A stretch of 64,000 bases of DNA from an uncultured Christensenellaceae bacterium (lineage in GTDB: Bacteria > Bacillota > Clostridia > Christensenellales > UBA3700), in assembly GCA_944381315.1 (NCBI GenBank), contig CALWKR010000031.1:410-64409 (forward strand), in the 5' to 3' direction. Below the pieces are notes generated by a model. The model did not search any database and was not told the DNA's origin. It worked only from the letters and a program-made list of their open reading frames with translations. The position numbers and the translations under genes are program-made. Shown one piece after another: positions 8,043 through 16,721 of the stretch; position 1 is the stretch's first letter, and each line of letters opens with the position of its first letter.

Positions 8043-10754
8043 ATGGCCAGTACATTCAAACGTAAGATCAACGAAGGCTTGACCCAGGTCAAAAATGCCG
8101 CCTCTTTCATCATCACGGACGTCACCTCGCACTGGAACAAACCGGGCAAGGGCAACTACGTCCCCTACAAAGAGGTGCTCAACTACTCCATCGGAGGCAT
8201 GGGACAGAACATGCTCATATATCTGCTCGGATATATGGCACTCGGCGTCACCAACACGCTGTTCGCGTCCACTATCGGCATCCGCCCGATGCACTTGCAG
8301 AATATGCTCACCGTGCAGACGATCCTCAACATCGTCTTCCAGATCATAAGAGGCAAGATCGTCGACAACACCAACACCCGATGGGGCAGATTCAGACCAT
8401 ATCTGGCGATCATGGGCGCTCCGCTCGCGATCATCAGCGTCATCTTCGTCTTCTTGCCGTTTGAGTCGATGTCTTACAGCGACAAGTACACGGCAGTCTT
8501 CGTGTTCGCGATCGCGATCTCGATCGGACAACCTCTCTATCAAACGGCTTATACCAACCTCGGCAGCGTCATCTCGCCGAGCACGGCGGAGCGCTCAAAG
8601 ATCCTCGCGATCAGCTCGCTGATCTATTCTTTCGCGCCGACGGTCTATCAGCTGTTCGTCCCGATCTTCTCCAACCTCACCGGCGGCTTCACCGATATCC
8701 GTACATACAAATATATCGTCGTGCCGATCGGCATCTTGGGCGTCTTCCTCAGTTTCTTCGCATTCTTCGGATGCAAAGAGCGCATCGTCTCGTCCAAACA
8801 CTTCGTCAAAAAAGTCAGCATAGTCGGCGGCTGCGTCGCTGTCTGGAGCAACAAATATTGGTGGTTGCGCACCATTTCCACTTGGTTCAGCTTCCTCGAA
8901 GGCGCCTATCTCGTGCTCTTTGGTTGGATCTATATCTACGGCACGCAAGATATGAACGCATACGGCATCTTGCAGACCATCCTCTCTATCGCGTCGGGAC
9001 TGTCGATGTTCGCAACGCCGTTCTTCTTGAAATGGCTGGGCAACAAAGGCATATTGCTGTTCCACAACATATTGAATATAGTCTTTATCGCGTGCATGCT
9101 CGCGTGCTATGAGATACCGCTGCTCTACTTCCTGTTCTTGTGGATCAACACGTTCATAAACCAATTGCAGCTTGTCTACAACCCCGTGCTCAACGCCGAA
9201 GTCAAAGACTCCATCCAGTGGCAGTCGGGCAAGCGCGTCGACTATATGCTCGAAGTCGCGGCTCTGATCGGCACGCCGGTCACCATTTTGTCCGGCTACT
9301 TCCTGCCGTTCATCTATGAGTCCTACGGCCTCACCGTCAACTACGACGTGCTCTATGATCCCAGCGTCCGCAACAGTTTGTTCTATATGCTGTGCGCGCT
9401 GTCCATCCTCGGCGCCGCGCTCAATCTCGCGCCTTACTTCCTCTACAATCTCTCGCGCGAGAAACACGCAATGATCGTGCTTGCGCTCAAATTCCGCGCA
9501 GCCAACACCGACTATCGCACCGGAGACCTCACTCCGCACCAAGTCAAGGACCTCGTCGAGAGCTACAACTATATGGTCAGCCGCAGAGACGCCGAAGTCC
9601 CCGACATAAAGGAAAAGAAGGAAGAGATGAAGGCAGCCAAGGCTGTCTACAAGACCGCAAGCAAAGAATACGAGCAATACTATGAGCTCCTCGAAAAGAA
9701 AACTCCCAAGGGGCAAGAGGTGGTCAAAACCGCAGAGCTCCTCGAGCTCGAAGAGATCTTCCATCAGCAAAAACAGGCCTACAAGGACGCTCGCGCCGCC
9801 TACAAAGACGCGTGCAAGCTCGTTCGTGACAAGGATGCGATCGAAGAATTCATCGCGCCCGAATTCGGCAAGTGGGACACTCCCAAGATGCAAGTCAAAC
9901 TCGCGCTCTCGCGTGCGATCACCGCTGTCGACAAGAACGACGTCGTCTCTACTCCGCTCGATCTGTCGCAGATCGTCGCGGTGCCCGATCTGACCCAATG
10001 GGCTGCCGAGCTCGCCGATCAAAAGCGCGCGAAAAAGCAAGCCGCGCTCGACAAGCGTCATCCCGGCAAAGAAGCTCCCGACATGACGGCGTGGGCGCAA
10101 AGAAAGGCGGCAAGAACAGAAAAGTCTTTGAGAGCTTTGATCAAACGCACGACGCTGCGTTACAAGATCATGCAGAGACTGTCCAAGCTCTTCTTCCCCA
10201 AGGGGCTGGAATACGACTATGAGGAGGCATACAAAAAGACCCTCGACGTCCAGTGCACTACCAAAGAAGAGAAAAAGGCGCAAAACAAGATCATCAAGGC
10301 GGCTCAGCGCAAGTACAACCGCTTCTCGACCGCCTACAAACTCTATATCGAGAGCGAGCAGGTCATCCTCGACTACAACGACCGCAACAACTTCTTCGAC
10401 TTCATCCTTCCGATGTATGACGAGTGCGCCGCCGAGGCGGATCGCATAGACCGCGAAGAAGAAGAAAAGGCTCGCGCCGAAAAGGCGGCGAAGGACGCGG
10501 AGATCGCCGAGATCAAGCTCGAGCGCCGCATCCGCAAAGACGCCAAGCAGTATGCAAAATCTCAAGGAGTCAAGTTCGACGACGAATTCCTCGCACGCTA
10601 CAAGAGCGAGAACGCTGAACTCTACACCGAGCCGACGACCGCAGCGGATGAAAATCCCGACGCGTTAAACGGCGCTGCAGTCGCGGACGACGTCAAGGAC
10701 GCCGAGACCGACAACCAAAACACCGACAAGGAGGGCTCCGACAATGAAAACTAA
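8043..10754 (+). CDS. GPH/MFS-family transporter fused to a ~430-aa Lys/Glu-rich cytoplasmic tail
   Basis: Start taken at ATG 8043 (SD GAGGGAG 8031-8037) inside the 922-aa ORF. GPH signature DNTNTRWGRFRPY. Hydrophobic core runs to about nt 9450. The rest is charged and coiled-coil-like (AYKDARAAYKDACK, EEEEKARAEKAAKDAEIAEIKLERR). Confidence 0.8.
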   Translation: MASTFKRKINEGLTQVKNAASFIITDVTSHWNKPGKGNYVPYKEVLNYSIGGMGQNMLIYLLGYMALGVTNTLFASTIGIRPMHLQNMLTVQTILNIVFQIIRGKIVDNTNTRWGRFRPYLAIMGAPLAIISVIFVFLPFESMSYSDKYTAVFVFAIAISIGQPLYQTAYTNLGSVISPSTAERSKILAISSLIYSFAPTVYQLFVPIFSNLTGGFTDIRTYKYIVVPIGILGVFLSFFAFFGCKERIVSSKHFVKKVSIVGGCVAVWSNKYWWLRTISTWFSFLEGAYLVLFGWIYIYGTQDMNAYGILQTILSIASGLSMFATPFFLKWLGNKGILLFHNILNIVFIACMLACYEIPLLYFLFLWINTFINQLQLVYNPVLNAEVKDSIQWQSGKRVDYMLEVAALIGTPVTILSGYFLPFIYESYGLTVNYDVLYDPSVRNSLFYMLCALSILGAALNLAPYFLYNLSREKHAMIVLALKFRAANTDYRTGDLTPHQVKDLVESYNYMVSRRDAEVPDIKEKKEEMKAAKAVYKTASKEYEQYYELLEKKTPKGQEVVKTAELLELEEIFHQQKQAYKDARAAYKDACKLVRDKDAIEEFIAPEFGKWDTPKMQVKLALSRAITAVDKNDVVSTPLDLSQIVAVPDLTQWAAELADQKRAKKQAALDKRHPGKEAPDMTAWAQRKAARTEKSLRALIKRTTLRYKIMQRLSKLFFPKGLEYDYEEAYKKTLDVQCTTKEEKKAQNKIIKAAQRKYNRFSTAYKLYIESEQVILDYNDRNNFFDFILPMYDECAAEADRIDREEEEKARAEKAAKDAEIAEIKLERRIRKDAKQYAKSQGVKFDDEFLARYKSENAELYTEPTTAADENPDALNGAAVADDVKDAETDNQNTDKEGSDNEN

Positions 10755-11712
10755 AAAGATCGTCTGCTTGATCTGCGCGATCGCCGTTATCTGCACGATC
10801 GCGACGGCGGCTTTTGCGGGATGCAATACTCCTATGGACGCTCAGACCGCTTATGACGAATTGATGGCGGCGCTCGACCTCTCGCTGTCGGGAGATATGT
10901 ACGGCCCCGCTTACGACCCCGAAAAGAGCGTGACCAACGGATATATCTTCGCCTACAAGGAGTCAGTCCGCGGCACCGATATGATCACCAACACCAACGT
11001 CAACGTGCATTGCGATCAGGACGCGTCGTACAATCTGCATGTGGATGAAGACTTGATGGTCGACCTCTATCAAGAGACCTACGGAGTCAACTCCGTCACC
11101 GGCGGCGCAGGCTCAAAGATCGGCGACTTCGGCTTCATCGTCGGTCCCTATCCCGACGCCGATTCCACCGCCGAGCGCATGTACTACACCGAGCGCGCAA
11201 GCGACAAGAGCGGCGCTTATGTCAACACCTCTCTGTGGGGAGATATGTCTGCCGAGGACTTCGTCGCAACCGACTTCTTCCGCAAATACAGCCTCTCCTC
11301 TCGTCTTGAAGAATTGCGCAATATGCCGTTCGACGCATTCGTCTTTGACAAGGACGTCAATTCCGACTTCGGCGCATACCGCCAGATCAATCTCGTCAAG
11401 ATCACCTTCGGCGTAACACAGGAGTATATCGACAACTACAAGGCGACAACGGGCAAGACATCCATATTCGACGGCTGCACCTATGCCGAGATCGAGCTCA
11501 CGTTCGGCAGATTCAGCAACATCTATGTCTACCAAACCGAAAGCCTCGACGGCGGCAGCTTCTTCGATCTGCCCCAAGAAAAGTACAGCCTGCAAGTCAC
11601 CTACCTCGGCAAGAACGTCGCCTTCCCCGGCGGCCATGACAGCGACACCTATAAGAAAGACGAAAATCTGCTTGAGAGAACCGATTTGGCGTTCGCGAGA
11701 GCAACGCTTTGA
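10744..11712 (+). CDS. Lipoprotein of unknown function
   Basis: 322 aa. Signal peptide with lipobox AFAGC. The start overlaps the transporter stop by 11 nt. I recognise no family. Confidence 0.7.
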   Translation: MKTKKIVCLICAIAVICTIATAAFAGCNTPMDAQTAYDELMAALDLSLSGDMYGPAYDPEKSVTNGYIFAYKESVRGTDMITNTNVNVHCDQDASYNLHVDEDLMVDLYQETYGVNSVTGGAGSKIGDFGFIVGPYPDADSTAERMYYTERASDKSGAYVNTSLWGDMSAEDFVATDFFRKYSLSSRLEELRNMPFDAFVFDKDVNSDFGAYRQINLVKITFGVTQEYIDNYKATTGKTSIFDGCTYAEIELTFGRFSNIYVYQTESLDGGSFFDLPQEKYSLQVTYLGKNVAFPGGHDSDTYKKDENLLERTDLAFARATL

Positions 11713-11740
11713 GGGGACATCCCGACATCACTTGGATCAA

Positions 11741-11776
11741 AGAGCTGTCACCGCTTGGTGACAGCTCTCTTTGTTT
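11741..11776 (+). terminator. Rho-independent terminator after the lipoprotein gene
   Basis: 12-bp perfect stem AGAGCTGTCACC / GGTGACAGCTCT, loop GCTT, followed by CTTTGTTT. Confidence 0.8.
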
Positions 11777-11779
11777 ACA

Positions 11780-12258
11780 CGTTAAATTTTCGAGCGTCCA
11801 AGGAGCCTCGCGGAAAAGGCTTATGAAAATAATTGAGCAAAACGAACAACGTAGCGCATATATGTCGCGCGAAACCGCGCTTCTCGCGCGACTCGATAAT
11901 GCGCTCGGCGGAAATGACACTTTTCGCCGAGCGCCCCTTGCGGAGCCGTGAGCGGTGAGCGAACGTGCTCCGTGGAAGGGGGTATTTGAGGGGGAAACCA
12001 AAATTAGCAAGTATGAGCAAAGGCGCGATCTGCGGATCACGCCTTTGCGATTCGCAGCGTTAAAATTTCGGTTGCCCAAGGATCCGCACAAAAGGGGCTT
12101 TGCATATGGTTGAGCTTATCGAATAAAGTTACGCATCGCGTCGCAGTCAACTGCGTTTGACCGCGACTGAATAATGCGCCGAGCCAAAATGCCTCCGTAT
12201 ATGAGCGGAGCGATTTAGGAGATAACATTTCGGTGTCCCTCAACTCGTAGCCTATTTG
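11780..12258. repeat. Two degenerate tandem copies of a ~278-bp non-coding unit
   Basis: Units start at 11780 and 12058 (CGTTAAATTTTCGAGCGTCCAAGGAG vs CGTTAAAATTTCGGTTGCCCAAGGAT). Further shared blocks include GCGACTCGATAATGCGC vs GCGACTGAATAATGCGC. Identity is only moderate by eye. Confidence 0.5.
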
Positions 12259-12603
12259 CACCGCCATTGCGGGAAGGGAGTGAGCAGAAAAAATTCCGAC
12301 AGCATTTTGCTGTCGGAAGCTTTCTGTGCACAGCAGTTTTGAGCTGCGTATTTTGCATGTTTCGCTATTCTTTTCCACTCCGTGGAGAGTGGTGCAGATT
12401 TGCGCCGTACAAAAGCGAGGACGCGGCCAAACGTATATGAAATACGTGACCGCATCTAAGACTTGCAGTAAGGCGCAAAGATGCGCCGCTATACGCGGCG
12501 TGGCGAAGGTCAATACCCGTAGAAGGTCTTAGCGAGGGGCAAGACGAAGTATTCGCGCAAAAGCCGCGCTCAAAACCTCACTCCCTCCCCGTCAATGGCG
12601 GTG
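12259..12603. repeat. Inverted-repeat-bounded ~345-bp element, copy 1 (MITE-like or structured RNA)
   Basis: Left arm CACCGCCATTGCGGGAAGGGAGTGAG (12259-12284) is complementary to right arm 12577-12603. The core of ~250 bp is about 95 percent identical to 17384-17636. Confidence 0.8.
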
Positions 12604-14785
12604 TCTTCAAAAAGGATTCCAGCATACTGTACCTCTTGGCAGTATAGTTGTTTTTGACCATCTTCTCGAGGTTCTCCTGCGAGCCGACGAGCACTGCCAT
12701 TTCGCGCGCGCGAGTGACTGCGGTGTAGAGCAAGTTGCGCGTGAGGATCATATAGTTGCCGCTCATCAGCGCGATGATGACGACGGGAAACTCCGAGCCT
12801 TGCGACTTGTGCACGCTGATCGCGTATGCGAGCGTGAGGTCCTCAAAGTCGCCTTGCATATATTTGACGCGCTTGCCGTCGTCGAACAGCACTTGCAGCG
12901 ACGGCTCGGACGGAGAGATCTTCTCTATCTTGCCGATGTCGCCGTTGAACACGCCCGTGCCCGTGCCGCCCTCGTCGTCGGTCCATTGCAGTTCATAGTT
13001 GTTGACCGTGTGCATCACCTTGTCGCCCTCGCGGAATGTGCGCAAGCCGACTTTGAGTTCCGTCTTTTGTTTTTGCGGCGGATTGAGCGCGTTCTGCAAG
13101 GTCAGGTTCATGTTTTCGACGCCGATCACTCCCTTCTTCATCGGACAGAGCACTTGGATCTCCATGGGATCGACGGCGGCATATGCCGGGATGCGGCGCG
13201 TGACCATGTCCGTCACCGTCGCCAAGATGTCGTCGGGATCGGTCTTGTTGTCAAAGAAGAAGTCTCGACTGCGATTGTTGATGACCGGCATCTTGCCGGC
13301 GTTTATGCGATGCGCGTTCTCGACGATCAAGCTGTCCTCGCTCTGGCGGTAGATCTGCGTCAAATAGCTGACGGGCACGATGCCGCTCGCGATCATGTCC
13401 GCAAGCACGTTGCCTGCGCCGACGGACGGGAGCTGGTCCTTGTCTCCGACCATGATCAGTCTGCCGCCGAATTTGATCGCCTTGATCAGAGCGTTGAACA
13501 CATAGTCGTCGCACATGCTGACTTCGTCGACGATGACGACGTCCTCTTCGAGCTTGGTCGACTCGTTGAACATAAACTTGCCCTTGCCGTCCGAAAAGTC
13601 GAGATCGAGCAATCTGTGGATCGTCTTTGCCTCGACGCCTGTCGTCTCGGTCAGCCTTTTCGCCGCCCTGCCCGTCGGCGCGCAAAGACAGACAGAATAG
13701 TTGCGGCTGCGCAGCAGATGTATGATGCACTTGACGATCGTCGTCTTGCCCGTGCCGGGGCCGCCCGTGATGATGTTCACGCCTTTGATCAGACAGCTGC
13801 GCACCGCCTGTGCCTGCGACTCGTGCAATGTGATGTGGTTGAGCTTTTCGTACAGCTCGATCTCCTCGTCCGCGTCGAGCGGAAGACTCGCCGCATTGTT
13901 GAGCATAGCCTTGACATAGGTGGCGATCGACTTCTCGCAGACGTAGTTGCGCGCGAGCATGTCGACATCCTCTTCGTCCTTGCGCAGTCTTACGATCTTG
14001 CCCGTGACTTCGCAATCCTCTATCATCTCGGAGATCAGCTCGACGGCGTCCTCTCTCTCCAATCTCAGCAATTTGTAGACTTCGTCGATCAGCTTGTTCT
14101 CGGGCAGATAGGTATCGCCGTTCTTGTTGGCGGCCTCTTTGAGCACATGGACGATCGCCGCGCCTATGCGGAATCGACTGTCGGGCTCTATACCTATCTT
14201 GGCGGCGATCTTGTCCGCGGTCAAAAAGCCCACGCCCTCGATGTCGTCGACAAGTTGGTACGGATTGTCGTGTACTATCTTGGCGGTGCTCTTTTCGTAC
14301 GCCTTAAAGATCTTGATCGCCAAGCCGAGAGACACGCCGTAGCTCTGCAAAAACACGATCGTGTCCTGCATCTCTTTGAGATTGAGCATGGACTCTTGGA
14401 TCGAGATCGCCTTTTTGAGCGACACGCCCTTGACTTGGGCGAGCTTGGCGGGATAGTGCTCGATCACGTCGAGAGCCTGCTCGCCGAACTTCTCGACGAT
14501 GGCGTAGGCGGTCACTTCGCCCACTCCCTTGAACAAGCCGCTCGACAGATATTTGAAGATAGCCTCTTTGGACGTAGGCGGAAGCACCTTGACGGACGTC
14601 ACCGCGAACTGCTCTCCGAATCGGCTGTTGCGCACCCAATTGCCTTCCATCTCCAACGTCTCGCCCTCTGTCAGCGGAGGGAATGTCCCCACGGCGGTAT
14701 AGGGCATCGAGTCCCCTTGCATATAGAGGACGCAATAGCCGTTTTCGGCGTTTCGGAAGATGACTTCAAGTACGGTGCCCTTCAC
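12578..14785 (-). CDS. recD2: RecD2-type SF1B ATP-dependent DNA helicase
   Basis: 735 aa with a GTG start. N-terminal OB/HhH region typical of RecD2 (VIFRNAENGYCVL). Walker A GGPGTGKTT and Walker B VIVDEVSM. Confidence 0.9.
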   Translation of the reverse strand: MKGTVLEVIFRNAENGYCVLYMQGDSMPYTAVGTFPPLTEGETLEMEGNWVRNSRFGEQFAVTSVKVLPPTSKEAIFKYLSSGLFKGVGEVTAYAIVEKFGEQALDVIEHYPAKLAQVKGVSLKKAISIQESMLNLKEMQDTIVFLQSYGVSLGLAIKIFKAYEKSTAKIVHDNPYQLVDDIEGVGFLTADKIAAKIGIEPDSRFRIGAAIVHVLKEAANKNGDTYLPENKLIDEVYKLLRLEREDAVELISEMIEDCEVTGKIVRLRKDEEDVDMLARNYVCEKSIATYVKAMLNNAASLPLDADEEIELYEKLNHITLHESQAQAVRSCLIKGVNIITGGPGTGKTTIVKCIIHLLRSRNYSVCLCAPTGRAAKRLTETTGVEAKTIHRLLDLDFSDGKGKFMFNESTKLEEDVVIVDEVSMCDDYVFNALIKAIKFGGRLIMVGDKDQLPSVGAGNVLADMIASGIVPVSYLTQIYRQSEDSLIVENAHRINAGKMPVINNRSRDFFFDNKTDPDDILATVTDMVTRRIPAYAAVDPMEIQVLCPMKKGVIGVENMNLTLQNALNPPQKQKTELKVGLRTFREGDKVMHTVNNYELQWTDDEGGTGTGVFNGDIGKIEKISPSEPSLQVLFDDGKRVKYMQGDFEDLTLAYAISVHKSQGSEFPVVIIALMSGNYMILTRNLLYTAVTRAREMAVLVGSQENLEKMVKNNYTAKRYSMLESFLKTPPLTGRE

Positions 14786-14830
14786 TTGTCAATTGTCTCC
14801 AAATAGCTTTTTATCGACACAGGCACCAAA

Positions 14831-15301
14831 TTATGCCTGAGGATATGTCTGTCTGCACGCACTTGTGAGCTCGGCGAGATAGTTGCGAACATAGTGCTTC
14901 GCCATCCCGAGATCTTGCGACTGCCAATTGCCGCATTCGGACGGTGCGGCGCCCGGGATCGCTCCTTCATAGTCGATGATGTCGCGGCACATGCGCTTGA
15001 CGAGAGGCAAAACGTCCTCGGACGTCTTGTCTCCGAACATGAGCAGATAGAAACCCGTGCGGCAGCCCATGGGACCGAAGTAGACGATGTCGTCCTTGGA
15101 CTCGCCGTTGCGCAAAAACGTCGCACCCAGGTGCTCGATCGTGTGCATGGCGGGCACGTCCATGACAGGCTCGCGGTTGGGCGCCGTGAACCTGAGGTCA
15201 AAAGTGGTGACGGTCACCCCGTCCCTGCTGTCCTTGCGCGAGACATACAGCCCCGGCATGAGCTTGGTGTGGTCGACGGTGAAACTTGCGATCTTTTCCA
15301 T
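14831..15301 (-). CDS. luxS: S-ribosylhomocysteine lyase
   Basis: HTIEH metal motif and GCRTGFY. Start set at ATG 15301 because GGAGGG lies 5 nt upstream. The ORF-track start at 15313 would add 4 residues. Confidence 0.95.
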   Translation of the reverse strand: MEKIASFTVDHTKLMPGLYVSRKDSRDGVTVTTFDLRFTAPNREPVMDVPAMHTIEHLGATFLRNGESKDDIVYFGPMGCRTGFYLLMFGDKTSEDVLPLVKRMCRDIIDYEGAIPGAAPSECGNWQSQDLGMAKHYVRNYLAELTSACRQTYPQA

Positions 15302-15330
15302 TGTTCCCTCCATGCATCCGTTGCCTATCT

Positions 15331-15359
15331 ATTATAGCACAGTCGCTCGCTTTGCGCAA
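15331..15359 (-). promoter_or_regulatory. Sigma-A-type promoter for luxS (TTGCGC-17-TGcTATAAT)
   Basis: Minus strand reads TTGCGC (15354-15359), a 17-nt spacer, and TGCTATAAT (15331-15339). Confidence 0.55.
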
Positions 15360-15402
15360 CGCGCTCGCCGTGATGTGCGCGCATGCCCGCATTAAAAAAT
15401 TG

Positions 15403-15432
15403 TTGACATATGCGCGCGCGATACCTTATACT
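15403..15432 (+). promoter_or_regulatory. Sigma-A-type promoter for the oadB-like operon (TTGACA-18-TATACT)
   Basis: TTGACA (15403-15408) and TATACT (15427-15432). Confidence 0.65.
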
Positions 15433-15454
15433 AAATGCGTACACGATGTGTGCC

Positions 15455-15571
15455 TCCTGCGGGGAGTAGTCGGCGCCTCGGGCGCAATTAGCCGTTAGCA
15501 CGAAAGGTCAGCCTTTCCGGTTTAATTTGAAATGACGAGACCGCGGATCGGTCCCCCGGTCCTCGGTCTCA
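15455..15571 (+). promoter_or_regulatory. Candidate yybP-ykoY (Mn2+) riboswitch with alternative hairpin
   Basis: GGGGAGTAG (15461-15469) sits next to a closing helix CTGCGG (15457-15462) / CCGCGG (15541-15546) that is entered from GACGAGA (15534-15540). Internal hairpins lie at 15473-15485 and 15502-15517. A competing stem GAGACCG (15537-15543) / CGGTCTC (15564-15570) is possible. The call rests on my recollection of the RF00080 consensus. Confidence 0.5.
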
Positions 15572-15591
15572 ATAATTGAAGAGGAGTATAT

Positions 15592-16710
15592 ATGGATTTC
15601 TTGATCGAAAGCATCAGCAATGTCTCGTGGCAGAACGTCGTCATGTGGGCTGTCGGCGCATTGCTGATTTTCCTTGCCATCAAGTTTGACATGGAGCCTA
15701 CGCTGCTGCTGCCCATGGGCTTCGGCGCGATCCTTGTCAACATACCGCTTTCCAACGTCGTCACTTCCGAAGAAGGCGCCGGCATCATCGACTGGCTGTT
15801 CGACATCGGCATCGGCGCGTCCGAAGCAATGCCCATCTTGCTGTTCATCGGCATAGGCGCAATGATAGACTTCGGGCCATTGCTATCCAATCCAAAGCTG
15901 TTTTTGCTGGGCGGCGCGGCGCAATTCGGCATCTTCTTGACGCTGCTGCTCGCGACGCTGTTCGGATTCGATCTCATCGACGCGGCGTCCATTGCGATCA
16001 TCGGCGCAGCCGACGGTCCGACCGCGATCGTCGTCGCTCAGGCGCTGGGCAGCAAATATCTGGGCGCAATCACGATCGTCGCATATTCGTATATGGCGCT
16101 CGTCCCGATCATTCAGCCTGCCGTCGTCAAGCTGATGACCACCAAGAAAGAACGCCTCATCCGTATGGACTACACTCCTACGCAGGTGTCGCGCACGACC
16201 AAGATCCTCTTCCCGATCGTCGTCACGCTGGTCGCCGGTCTGATCGCTCCCAAGTCGCTCGCGCTTGTCGGATTCTTGATGTTCGGCAACTTGCTGCGTG
16301 AGTGCGGCGTGCTCAGGCTGCTGTCCGAAACGGCGCAAAACGTCCTCGCCAACCTCATCACTCTGCTGCTCGGCATCACGATCGCTTCGCAGATGAGAGG
16401 CGAAGCGTTCCTTACCGTAGAGACCCTGCTCATCTTGGCTCTCGGCTTGCTCGCGTTCATCTTCGACACCGCCGCAGGCGTCGGCTTCGCCAAGGTGATG
16501 AACCTCTTCTCCAAAAAGAAGATCAACCCGATGATCGGCGCGGCAGGTATCTCCGCCTTCCCGATGTCGGCAAGAGTCATCCAAAAAATGGGACTCAAAG
16601 AGGATCCTTCCAACCACTTGCTGATGCACGCGATCGGCGCTAATGTATCCGGTCAGATCGCTTCGGCGATCGTAGGCGGACTGATCATCAGTCTCGTCAT
16701 GTCCGTCTGA
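15592..16710 (+). CDS. Sodium ion-translocating decarboxylase beta subunit family protein (OadB/GcdB/MmdB-like)
   Basis: 372 aa, collinear with OadB-family blocks: EPTLLLPMGFG, IGAMIDFGPLLSNPK, IIGAADGPTAI, AYSYMALVPIIQP, KKINPMIGAAGISAFPMSARV, LLMHAIGANVSG. Confidence 0.9.
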   Translation: MDFLIESISNVSWQNVVMWAVGALLIFLAIKFDMEPTLLLPMGFGAILVNIPLSNVVTSEEGAGIIDWLFDIGIGASEAMPILLFIGIGAMIDFGPLLSNPKLFLLGGAAQFGIFLTLLLATLFGFDLIDAASIAIIGAADGPTAIVVAQALGSKYLGAITIVAYSYMALVPIIQPAVVKLMTTKKERLIRMDYTPTQVSRTTKILFPIVVTLVAGLIAPKSLALVGFLMFGNLLRECGVLRLLSETAQNVLANLITLLLGITIASQMRGEAFLTVETLLILALGLLAFIFDTAAGVGFAKVMNLFSKKKINPMIGAAGISAFPMSARVIQKMGLKEDPSNHLLMHAIGANVSGQIASAIVGGLIISLVMSV

Positions 16711-16721
16711 GGAGGTGTAGT

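Noticed and set aside
8595-10565. Long antisense ORFs (8595-10565, 12800-14806, 19155-20741, 37336-39384, 49494-51305, 51088-53169, 61333-62685 and similar)
   Set aside because: Each lies opposite a gene with clear family motifs and has the repetitive R/A/G/D/V composition of non-coding frames in high-GC DNA.
12326-12532. Conserved 68-aa ORF inside both repeat-element copies (also 17424-17630), and the overlapping minus-strand ORFs
   Set aside because: Of the 8 nucleotide differences between copies, 6 change the amino acid and 2 are silent. Both strands are open, the starts are GTG without an SD, and the sequence is Arg/Cys-rich. This behaves like non-coding repeat DNA.
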